Below, piece by piece: positions 32,701 through 41,702 of a stretch of DNA of 64,000 nucleotides. This stretch comes from Monocercomonoides exilis PA203 (lineage: Eukaryota > Protista > Preaxostyla), in NCBI GenBank assembly GCA_001643675.2, contig LSRY02000019.1, forward strand, positions 1,364,001 through 1,428,000, written 5' to 3'. Made by a program: the position numbers and the translations under genes. The notes below the pieces were generated by a model. That model saw nothing but the letters and a program-made list of their open reading frames with translations. It was not told where the DNA came from and made no database searches. Numbering within the stretch: the stretch's first letter is position 1; each line of letters starts with the position of its first letter.

Positions 32701-34039
32701 ATATTGGCTATTGATTGTTTGCGTTGTGGTTGTTGTAATACTGCTTGTGGTCATAATTGTTCTGGTTGTTCGGTGGAAGAAAGTGAAGGAAAGAAAAGAG
32801 GAATTGGAAGAGATTGTGAATGACAACATCAGAAAGGATCCAAAAGCATTTGAGATGGTGACGATGGAGATGTCTCCAGAGGAGCAGTGGAGGAGAGCAG
32901 AAAGGGAGGCAGAGAAGAAGAATGAAGAGAGGATTAAAAAAAGGGTGTATGCGAAAAGCTTGGGACATTCCGAATCATCAGAGCATCTTCTGTCAGAGAG
33001 TGGATCAACCGAATACATTCTGGGGAGAGATTCAGACAAGATTCCTGAATGGATGTTGGAGAAGGTTGATGATGAGGAAGAGACAAGAAAGAGAACACCA
33101 TCTCCATCCATCTCATCCACTTCAACAACAGACACTTCAGACACTGAATCCACTTTTGTTCGAAGGGAAGATCTGTGTCCAACCACTTCGTCAATGTCGA
33201 ATCTGGTGGATGCAATGGCATGTTCGTCTCCCCATGAGAAGCTGATTGTGGATTTGAGGGATTCGCTGTTCATGCTGCTGCATGGAAGAAATGAGAAGAA
33301 AGAGATGGCGATTGGCACTCTCCAAGAAAGAGAGATGACAGCTGCCCAAATTCTGTTCTGGGTGGCTAATCTTGCGCTTCACTCCTTTGAAGACGAGGAA
33401 GATGAACTCTCTTCGCTGGCCAATCTCAGCCCTCACATTGTCCTGTTCTCTGAGCACATGGTCATCTGCATTGCACTTCATTCCGATTGCTCTTCTTCAG
33501 ACTCAGATTCTTCATCCATCTCTTCATCAACTGTTGTCACATCAACATCTGATTGCTCCACTGTGAACAGAAATGGGAAAGACTCGCCACCGCCATCATC
33601 AGCATTTGAGGATGAGGATGACAATAGAAAAGAGTGTATGAGGTGGAAGGCACCTGAGATGCTGATCAACAAAAAGATGGGAGCAACAAAGGAATCAGTT
33701 GTGTTCTCGATCGGGATAATGCTGTGGGAGTGTCTGACGCTGGAGATCCCGTTTGGGGAGTATGAGGCAGAGGTGGCGGGACAGAAGATTGTGAATGGAG
33801 AACGTCCTGATCAAGAAAGAGTTGGTAGGAGCAAGTGGAAGGAAGCTGTGAAGGCATGTGTGTCAAGCAGAGCATGCGATCGGCCGACTCTGATGAATGT
33901 GAAGCGAGCATGCGTTGAGCATTTTCCAGCGAATGCAGCAATATTGACTGTGTCTGATGCAATTGGGGTGAATATAAGTGGAGGTACAGCTGATGAAGAA
34001 GAAAGCGAAGATGAGATTGGAGAAAGATCGATGGAATAG
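26774..34039 (+). CDS. Giant intronless type I membrane protein (2421 aa), paralog of 8156-16438: beta-helix/PMP-like ectodomain, TM, degenerate tyrosine-kinase-like domain
   Basis: Signal peptide MILSPCYLLIVSFLAASVSC; SGGAILF, CGGAIS, SGGAID motifs; TM and cytoplasmic tail nearly identical to the 2760 aa protein; Gly/Glu/Val-rich ectodomain. Confidence 0.85.
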   Translation: MILSPCYLLIVSFLAASVSCELKGDMLLDGEDAKGKIKERQEGKENTWWEEKGVECWKKEGKEKWLQTGSVRFISRDLDGVWVKSVNASVCLKRLKIFVSENVEVMNVGLGSLGEMSECCVVAESGVMGSVAGSDGGMVVLRNVSVEGAKKGIVFVGSLVRVGRCDGSDCGCVDLREGVVRDVKVMMEGTLVASCSGIHTVMEQMAFVNVSRAAMKRQMTGEEKREKWKKEERKSQRLGNGNGEKMIGCVVEGVEWPLDGGIVYGASRSGQYLWCENTTMERCERNGVKSNYEEEKNMERKTVSSGDETFVDCSFFETSATSSQSNSGGAILFTSTGKLTVVRTSFEKCHAVYCGGAISSRFDEYCKMEVEECNFTHCWSVASGGAIDARYVSEGRWVKCRYVEGNVTHMGGGLFLEFESTSNIVNENEFVGNKKIGQTYYGGAGLVIHENSFAFVTDCIFMNGHSEKNGGGICWDNKTGQAESKVLFCFFGNNSAANGGSDVYICDGWTSIDESSFVLCRTISEGEEMRVVKGSTCYSGWVLKGYFSKIHIDGEEGIDHLGCGSGGVEGEERKGRGCKRIGYFRMVADLTREVNVIVGRGRCKEEKVEIGDLSVSLKGVGKEETSVVLRGRSEEEEVVLIGSGSGMFEGMSFARVGKGKRRKEEFVVGKNGGELQLVKCQVREASAEEKLNEEEGEGEGERREGEGEAFLSGFVLIVGGRVVMESVEMSGMREDGCGVVEMGGVNGEWVEMKNTVVKEVVRERGNGSVVGGRVGEGGGVVVEGGTYRNCGCLSGSGGWMWIGVGEGGVVSIGNTTGSEGGESESAVSVEGCSCGGEGEGEGFGGGLFVEVGKGWRGLEIMNAIFSGCVVGEGKEELGRGGGLYIDVVDGGEGGKALDGVDVFQIGKVRFEGNRGWEGRDVFVRCSVLGEVADRAHLGDWFVPSEEEREEDWKEEEGKWGGVWGCERSTAGDEFGIPIVVYLWEGARERMHVDGVGGGDFGRCGFAVAPCETIAQAIRLHAALMKEQGMEEIRVSHSSLIEEAMVLSENEMPNGLVIVGDEEGSEVAFGGEKRKQDCGEGIKWRTKVNEIEEKIGFVRSSVPFSLTNIKIMFGEGMLGYRSFVLMEDEKCVLMMKGCRMEGRGGEEGGEIGFVFVEGMMGELKVEECVFKDCLLGREHLVVGEGMKSVVINGTLFSGIEMGSSSLIGICGGSVGGAKGNERNEERKRLWRENGEEKARVKVWMEKSNFTNITSRGESGAVIGSRTGEVMGVVDVRIEGCEMRVCVNEGSEEGGGVKWRGGWEENGEGLVMESCTVAGCECCRTSGRGGGIMLDCVGRAEGKEGNGANGIGGFAMRGISFLWNEAFVGKDMFVRCLSIEEQMKRSVLELDTEQDSLLRRDAANASDEEEKDVDLLEWLRGYQSVWVYVAESGKDGRLCGSDSEACRSVSGGMRHMERGAGSTMWIVEKGVVMEKTTVGDVCIRSWKRGKKCIVSLDKVDEAKVQEEGVVCFVNESEVVDCVFEIGKHFEGRDGSVLLQVNGTLVMTGCTVRFAEQRGVLMCDVMRICGGVLEMRGCVVEQMECGKGVLVFGSGCNGVLRECMIGDVESEGDVARVDGGGRVEMKEIVMKDVRLRGGASCVSVTGNGALNGEGEGGKMRMWCVELVNVSVSKSEGSVLHGEGRGAKTECVNCSFGRWGRRSGEGSAVRVKGGCELEMEACMVDGTGHEEKDEREEWMNVGGEGEGNEKGVCRWNESAVEVRKSAGVVMETRIANCGEGGMSFSGGSVKIAKSEFEGNGEGVAKYPSARRNMWCREGGKVEVVSLRGGDGMEKGSSMWMVNEGCEMGGILAARESVLFIPQVEKVEVEEVGEREKVVFVGELLLPCNLSFKVEKRMGEEAHVEKGVFEEEGYISEGMVLGWTSTAGIGNENENAEVSVCILFGNAESPSSTKEFILKNGSEIAQKEDERIVEKGKEGKSYWLLIVCVVVVVILLVVIIVLVVRWKKVKERKEELEEIVNDNIRKDPKAFEMVTMEMSPEEQWRRAEREAEKKNEERIKKRVYAKSLGHSESSEHLLSESGSTEYILGRDSDKIPEWMLEKVDDEEETRKRTPSPSISSTSTTDTSDTESTFVRREDLCPTTSSMSNLVDAMACSSPHEKLIVDLRDSLFMLLHGRNEKKEMAIGTLQEREMTAAQILFWVANLALHSFEDEEDELSSLANLSPHIVLFSEHMVICIALHSDCSSSDSDSSSISSSTVVTSTSDCSTVNRNGKDSPPPSSAFEDEDDNRKECMRWKAPEMLINKKMGATKESVVFSIGIMLWECLTLEIPFGEYEAEVAGQKIVNGERPDQERVGRSKWKEAVKACVSSRACDRPTLMNVKRACVEHFPANAAILTVSDAIGVNISGGTADEEESEDEIGERSME
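32626..33798 (+). repeat. Copy B of the shared TM + cytoplasmic cassette
   Basis: Direct sequence match to 14983-16155. Confidence 0.95.
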
Positions 34040-35099
34040 AAATGCACAAAGACAATAAAGTTCAGAATCTGGATGTGAATGGAAACAAGATAATATCTTA
34101 TTAAAAAATTGTGTGAAATTTATGTCAAGCTGTTTATATTATTATTTTGGTTGTTATTATTGTATATTCATTTCTTTTTTATACTCTTTCATTAATTTGA
34201 TTTAGTTCGAGTAAATTTATTGGTGGTGTTTGATGAGCTACATTTGTAATTATTCCTCGAGAACGGCAATTGCAGCACTCCATCATCAAAATGAAGTTAA
34301 GTTTGGAAATTTCAAATATTGTGGTCAGATTAACGAATGAAATTCACTTCTGTTCAGTCACTTTTCTCAATGAAACTTTTTCTTTGTTGTTGTTCACGTT
34401 ATCATCATTCTAAATTCAACAAATCATTGAATAATTTCCACATCAAACAAAAATGTCCCTGAAAAATATAGATTCTTTTCTCAAACAATTAATTTATCGT
34501 GAAAAAAAATTAAGTTGTATCGTTCACGTGAACAAAGTTATCAGTATCTTTCAATAAAAAGTTCAATCATTTATGGAATTTTTGTTGTTGATTTTATTTA
34601 ATATCTCAAAGCAAACGCAATGAGTAAAAAACCACTCCAAATTGTTTAAAACCCTGATGGTTAAAAATGATAACTGAATTTTTGTCACATTCAAATACTT
34701 TCAACTGGTCTGTTTGTCTTATGTTTTGAACAATAATAAATGAACATCAGATGATATAAAGAATTGTGAAATGTTTTAATGCTGTTTAATGTTTTCAACC
34801 AATTTTTTATGAATATGAAAAATGATATCTCGCAAATTGATTTAATTATTTATGTGATATTCTTTTTTAAAAAATGAAAGTTGTCATCGACATAACCAAA
34901 ATTATTTCCTGTCCAATGCTCAGTTGATTCCATTTATTGCCTTTTCTTCATACAACGAACAAATAATGAAAGATTAATAAAATTTTTAAATAAAACATTC
35001 AATACAAGACAAACAATAAATTTCAAGCCAAGTTATATATTCTAATGCAAAAAAAGAAAAAGATTTTCAAAAAAATGATTATTGACCAAATATGGTAGT

Positions 35100-36290
35100 G
35101 TTTCCATCCATTGATAATCATCGTGTTGTATTTTCTTTTTTCTTTTTTCTTTCTTTCTTTTTTTTTTTTTTTAGCTTTTGCTTTTGGATTGAATTGTCTC
35201 TTCTCTTCTCTTCTTTCCTTTCGCTCACTGTTCTTCTTATCTTTTTCGTAATCTTCGCCTTCTTCATATGCAATGCAGTTGTCAAGTTTTTTCTTTCTTA
35301 TTCTGACGATTCTTTAAAAAAAATCCATGTTGTCAGTATTGTTGTGGTAATCTTCGAAAATGATTAAATTGTCTTTTGTTAGAGTCCATCCATCAATAGT
35401 TTGTCTTTCATAGATTTTCACATTTGTTTTGCACTTTCTTTTCGATTCACCTTTTTCGTTTTTGGGACAAAGAATCGAATAGTACCATTTAGCTTCATTT
35501 GAAATTGTTCCGAAAGAAGATTTTGACTGTGATCCACTTATTTTTTATGGAACTTGCGAAGCTGTTAATGGCCAGATTCCTGTATTCAGAAAAGCAGTTT
35601 TAATTGCTGAAGGAGTGGTTGCTGCGGAGATTGCGTCTTGTTAAACCTCAGCAAGTGCCCTTCTTAAAGAAAAAGATGAATCATATGAAGGCACTTTAAA
35701 TTTTTGTTTGATGTTTTTTTTATCTAACCAAAATTTCATTATCACAAGGTTGATGGAAATGGGTCATGATAAGAGGAAACTTTTTGATGAAGATTCAACT
35801 GTTTTCTTCCTCACGAATAATGTTTGAATATGTGAAAGTTGTATGATTATCAAGAAGAAGAGCTTTTTAAGAAGATATTGATTGGATTTTCCGATGGAAG
35901 ATTAAAATGCAATTTTGAAGCTAGACAATTACGAAAAATTCTATTTCGATACATCTTTAAGGAGGAAAAATTAAATTAATATAATAATATTTCAAATTTG
36001 AAAACTCTTCTGGTATTTTCTTCTTTGGATAAAGCAAAAAAGGAGGAAGAAAAGAACCATTGGAACACGCGCAAATACATCATGTCGCGTTTGAAGAATA
36101 TTCAGCCGCAGGAGGAAAAGTTCTGCGAAGCTTTTGTTCTTCAAACAGATCACCAGCTTCTCAGAACTTAATTCGATTTTAACTGGAAATTCGTTAAAAT
36201 TTATAATTTCGATGACTTTAAGATTGCTCTCTTCAACAATGCACTTCACTTCCTCAAACAAAATTGTCACACTTTCTGAACTATGTAATT
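35100..36290 (-). mobile_element. Second decayed pogo-like (DDE_1) transposase remnant
   Basis: IINFNEFP (cf. I.N.DE) in ORF 35992-36270. The reverse strand at about 35565-35637 reads DAISAATTPSAIKTAFLNTGIWPLT, the typical DDE_1 C-terminal I..AF..TGI.P motif, followed by a Lys-rich tail. Confidence 0.65.
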
Positions 36291-36606
36291 AAATTTTTAT
36301 GTTTTTATTTGTCTCACTTGGGCAGATTTCCAAATAGACCTTCTTTGAACTAATTACTGTCTTAACTGAATTTTATCACATCGAATATAATCATATTTTT
36401 TTTATGTCACATTTTTTGGATCAAAATTTTATTGCATATTTCCATTTATTTTCCATCACATATAATTACTGTGCCAAATATTCATTATCACAAGTTATTC
36501 AAAAATATATGTGCTATTTTCAATTTTTAATCGTTTTTTTTTTTGATTGAAAATTTCAACAATTTGATATTCCAAAACGATGTTTAAATAAGTTTAATAA
36601 TGAATA

Positions 36607-36914
36607 CAGTTAGTGTTAATAATGGTGGACACTTTCAATAACTGTGGACAGTGGAATTATCTCAACAATCGTTGATAGTTGCTTTTTGAAAATTAACCCA
36701 ATTGTTCCCTCAATGAATATGAACTTATATATCTTTCAAAAATGAATCTTTCTTTATTCCTGGGAGCAAGTTGTAACATTACAGTACGTCTCATAAGTTC
36801 ATATTCAATGAGGGAATAATTGGGTTAATTGTCAAAAAGCAACTGTCAACGGTGGTTGAGATAAAGCCACTGTCCACAGTTATTGAAAGTGTCCACCATT
36901 ATTAACACTAACTA
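36607..36914. mobile_element. MITE / foldback element, ~120 bp inverted arms, TA-flanked, CAGT terminus (Tc1/pogo-like)
   Basis: TA|CAGTTAGTGTTAATAATGGTGGACACTTTCAATAACTGTGGACAGTGG... matches the reverse complement of ...CCACTGTCCACAGTTATTGAAAGTGTCCACCATTATTAACACTAACTA|TA. Confidence 0.9.
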
Positions 36915-37307
36915 TATCAGACATTATCACAAACTGATTTAGTCACAAATATGTTGAATAAAACCAGATAGGATGATGTCCGTTTTTAAATTTTGTGGAA
37001 TATCCTTTTTTGTTGTGTTGTTCACAAGCAAACATATTTGTTAACCTTTTTATTTTAATTTATTTTAATTTATTATTATTATTATTATTATTATTTTATT
37101 ACTTTTTTTTGGTGAAAAATTTTACTTAAAATTGATAAATCTTGGTTATTTCCGAATTATTAATCAAAATTCGTGAGGTTGATTCATGATAAATTTATTA
37201 AGATAAATTTGTTGTAATACTAATATAATGCATTTTGTTTTAATTAGAATTTTGAGTAACCGAACTAATCTGTTTTCAAGGATAAAGTAAGGAAACAGAT
37301 CATTCTC

Positions 37308-39419
37308 ATGGAATTTATTATTTTACTCCTGATTCATTTTTGCCTTTCAATAAATCAGAAAGATCTCCTGCTTTCATTTTACACAGCCACTGAAGGAGAA
37401 AAATGGTTTGACCATTCAGGATGGGCGACTGAGGAAGATTACTGTACTTGGAAGGGGATAACTTGTGATGAGAATAAATTTGTAACTGGAATTGCTCTTC
37501 AAGGAAACAATCTTGGGGGAACACTACCCTCAAATTTTGGCTATTTATCAAGCATTTCAAGTTTGGATTTGAGTCATAACCATATTTCTGGTCCTCTTCC
37601 AATCTCGATGGTCAACATGAAAAGCTTAGCTGCAATGTGTGCAATTTTTTTTTTTGAAAATTCGAATTATTTGAATATGCAACCTTTTTTGTTTGCTTTA
37701 GAGGACTGAGACAAAATAATTTTTCTGGACCATTTCCTCTTCATTTAAGAGAAGCAAAAAATCTTATGTTTGCCCATCTTGACTTCAACAATTTTGAAGG
37801 TCCTCTTCCAGAAGGAATCTTGCATATGAAGCAATTAAAAGTTCTGGGATTAACAAATAATAAATTGAAGGGTCCAATCCCCGCAACTATCAGTGAACTT
37901 ACAGGGCTTACTGTTCTTGGTCTTGGAGGAAATGAATTGACGGGTAAAATTCCAATTCAACTTCGACGATTAACACAATTGGTGAGTTTGGACCTATCAA
38001 ACAACAAACTCAGTGGAACAATTCCGGATATTTTCAAGTCGATGCACAATCTTGCTGATTTGAGTTTGTTCAGCAACCAACTGGAAGGAGAGATTCCAGA
38101 ATCCATAACAAATTTGCCAAAGTTATCAGTTTTGTCAGTGAATGACAACAAATTTACAAAGATACCTTCAACAATAGGGGCATCAAAGTCATTGTTTCTT
38201 ATTGATGCAAAAAACAACAAAATTGATATAGAACCTCCACAGTCGCTGAGAGACGATAAAACATCTGTGGTCATTGCAGATCTCTCAGGAAATCCATGGA
38301 AGTGCAACGGACAACTTGATGAACATCTTAAGTGGACTGGTGCAGAATGTCACAATAATGCTCAAAATGGAAAGATCAGAATGGAAACGAAGAACGTTAC
38401 CGAAAAAATACATGTGACTCGTAACGTTTCTTCAGTTAAGAACGATGATGCGAAAGTTCAAGTTGAATATTGGGGGATTACAAAATGCCCTGATCTTATT
38501 AAAATGGAAAATGTTTGCTAACTTATGATTCCATTTGAAGAGATAAATAATTTGAAAATTTATTTTAATCAAATTTATGTCTTTTCTTATTTCACTGCAT
38601 TTCACCGTGACATTTATATGAAATAGACTTTGTTTGATCTCTCTCCAGAGATTCAAGACATTTATGAGATTCGTCCTTACATGCTGTCTCTGCCAGCCCC
38701 AGCCTACCGCACAAAGCGATGGAGCATGCACGGTCAGAGCGAGGTGTATGGCAACATCTTGTATTTGTGTGCTTACGAGACAGAAGAGCCAGAGAACCCG
38801 GGAGATCCAAAGACGAAATGGAAGGAATTTGCAAAATGTGAAGGAGAGAAAAAGGACGAAATCCCATCTCGTGCTAAAGAATGTACTGAAAAGTGTGATT
38901 TTATTATATATTTGTATTTTTTAAAAAGCATAACTGTGATTTTTGCTGAAAATTGTGCATTATTTCATTATATAAATCTGTAAATTTTAAACATCAATAT
39001 ATTTATATATATATTGAAAAAAAGGGCTGCATTGGATTGGGACAAGATGAAGAAGTGTGTTGTTGAAAGAGGCGCAACTCTCCTTGAAGAGTCTCAGAAT
39101 AAAGCTGACACAGCTGATTATCATGCTGTGTGGTCTCCGACTCTGTACTTCGACAAGAACTTTAAGGTTTGCAAAATTTTGAGTTTTGGCTGGAATATAT
39201 TATTTCTCTCTCTCTTTCTTTCTCTTGCAATCCTTTTAAAATAATCAATGTATATATGCACCTAAATATTTATTGTTATCTACTTATCATTTTTCACATC
39301 AGTGCTTGTACGATTTTAAAGGCATGTGTGATTGCCAAGATAACAAGAATATGATGGAGAAACACATATGCGATTCTTACAAAGGAGAAAACAAGCCAGC
39401 TTACTGCAACAATGTCTAA
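37308..39419 (+). CDS. Secreted plant-type LRR protein (LRRNT_2 cap) fused to a C-terminal GILT-like thiol-reductase domain, about 4 introns
   Basis: Signal peptide; LL.FY.AT.G..W....GW....YCTWKGITC cap; repeats of LxxLxLxxNxLxGxIP; then VQVEYWGITKCPDL...SMHGQSEVYGNILYLC...AKEC...MKKCVVERGATLL...WSPTLYF...HICDSYKGENKPAYC, matching the GILT layout. Stop TAA at 39417-39419. Confidence 0.85.
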
Positions 39420-40118
39420 AGCAGTAAGTATTTCTTTTTATATGTTGATAAATCTGACTAATTATAACTCTATGTTATCAATGGAATAGATATTTAGAAG
39501 AATTCCATTTTTCCTTCATACTTTCTCAGAGGTTTTCTTGTTGATATATTTTTATTTTCATTTCACATTCACTTTCGATTCAATTGAATGACTGGAAAGT
39601 GAAGCTGAAGTTGTTTCAACAATTTTCTAACAATGAAGAGAGAACACATTTCCTGTTTAAGTGTTAGCAAATTTTGATTTAACTTTATTCCCTTTTTCAT
39701 GAACATTACGTAAAGATAGACAGGAAGAAATACTAGTTTATTCAAATGAGTGTTTCATGGTTTTATCCAATATGGTGAAACTGATTTTGACTGAATGTGA
39801 GAGAAGTGAAACAAAATGTTTCTTGATTTTAATGGTCAAAAATATCTTCTAATCATCAATAACATTAGAAAGAATTGTATTCACATAAAAAATGAACAAA
39901 ATATCGAAAACAAAAACTATTTGAAAAAGAAAAATCAACTATGAAATGAAATTTCCAAAACAAACATAAAAAATTAAAAATCGAAGCTCTTTCGTAATAA
40001 ATATTCCACAACAAAAACTTATTTAAAAGAGAAAATAAAAAATCAGAATTGCAAAACATAACAACAAAAATAAATGATTAAACAACAAATTTTTACATAC
40101 GCAAAGACCCGAAACAAA

Positions 40119-41600
40119 TCAATTGAATTTTTCTTTTGAAAGAAGCGAAGGCGGAGGAGAAGGAGAAAAAAGAGTCGGACGGCTGAGAACAGAAGGAGAG
40201 CGATATTCAGCCAAAGGACGAGAAATTGGCAGCAAAGACGATGATGAGTCAGATGAAATTCCAGATGACGAGATAAGATCATTTGAATCGAATGAAGGCT
40301 TCGAAGAAGAGGAAGAAGAGGAAGAAGTGAAATGTTTATTAGAAGCAGAACTTTCATCTAACTTTACCGAAGAATCAGGCAAAATATTTGATGAACCTGT
40401 TGAAGGGGAACTCTTTTCAGGTAAAGCAGATGACATCTGCAAGCAAGTTTCAGCTCTTTTCTCTTTCTCTTTTCTCTTTTCGCTCTCTTTAACCTCATCA
40501 GACCTCGCTTTGATCAAGTTCTTTAGCAGCAAGATAAATCGTTTAAACCAACTTACATTAAGTACAAAAACAGTGAAGCAGAAGAATAGCGTTGTAATCC
40601 ACAAAGACTTGCTTGCTCTGCCATCAGCAACCATGTGTCTGTAGCAATCAACAGCAGTTGATCGAATTGCAAATAATGGGAAATACACCAACCGACACAC
40701 AAACCAAGTTATCTTGTTATTAGTTAAAAATGAATGAAAAAAAAATTTTTTTGAAAGAAAATTCTAACATTGTAAAGCACTTCATGCATACCAGTACGAG
40801 TACAAATCCCACAATTGCAGCATCAATATATGCCAAGTCGAGCATTGCTTTTGCGAAGCAAACAAATATTTCTGAGAAATTATGGATAAGAAACATGACA
40901 ATGCCCATATGATACGAACTTTAAATATTTCAAACAAAACTTTGAGAAAAAACTTCAAAGACGAATGAGTACACAAACCTCATGATATATGAAAAAGCCA
41001 AGAGAGATAATGTGACAATATGATGAACAATTAGTTCGACTTGAGTCTGGAAAAAGAAATTTCTTGAAAAATAAAACAAAACAAAAAAGTTATAAACCTT
41101 TGCAGATGTATATATGAGGATTGAATAGAAAGTTGCTGACAAATAGTAAACCATTTCAGTTTGGTAAATACGATTTGCATCAAAAGATATGACATCAATA
41201 TAATCAATCTAAAATCAAACAATTAAGAAAAAATAGTTGGAAAATAATAAATCATTATATCAAACCCAACATAGCTCCAAGTTTTTGAGAATTCCATGCT
41301 TAATACAATAAGTGAACTCCATTGCACATGCAATTGAGTAATATAAAAAGCTTGTAATTTCTCTGAATAGCTTTCGCGTTTGCCTCGTTTGAAAATAAGG
41401 ATGCTTCACGAAATGCTTTTAAAATAAAGCAAATGGTATAAACACAAAAATTAACAATTATTAAAAACAAAAAAGAACAATTTAATGTCTTTTTTCTTTC
41501 AAACTTTTGCCAGCATTTTTTCAATCGAAAAGCGAGATAACGCAATAAATATTGAAAGCAATAAAAACTGCGGTATCACTTTCCATGGAATACAAGGCAT
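40119..41600 (-). CDS. TLC-domain (TRAM/LAG1/CLN8) membrane protein, Lag1/ceramide-synthase-like, about 5 introns
   Basis: Spliced segments RKLFREITSFLYYS...LELCW, ELIVHHIVTLSLLAFSYIM-SYHMGIVMFLIHNFSEIFVCFAK and WFVCRLVYFP match the Lag1 motif spacing; Ser-rich C-terminal tail. Start codon uncertain. Confidence 0.8.
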
Positions 41601-41702
41601 AAGCCTTTTTAAGAACAAAAAAAAGAAAACGATCAATTCTTTCCATATTTATTTAAAAAGGATCGTATCGATTATTAACCATTACTTTTTTTGAAATATT
41701 TT

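Noticed and set aside
28223-33318. Long antisense ORFs (up to 454 aa) opposite the G/A-rich receptor, and similar ones opposite 23403-25634
   Set aside because: They are Pro/Ser/Leu/Phe-rich shadows. The extreme strand skew removes stop codons on the opposite strand, and they contain no domain signal.
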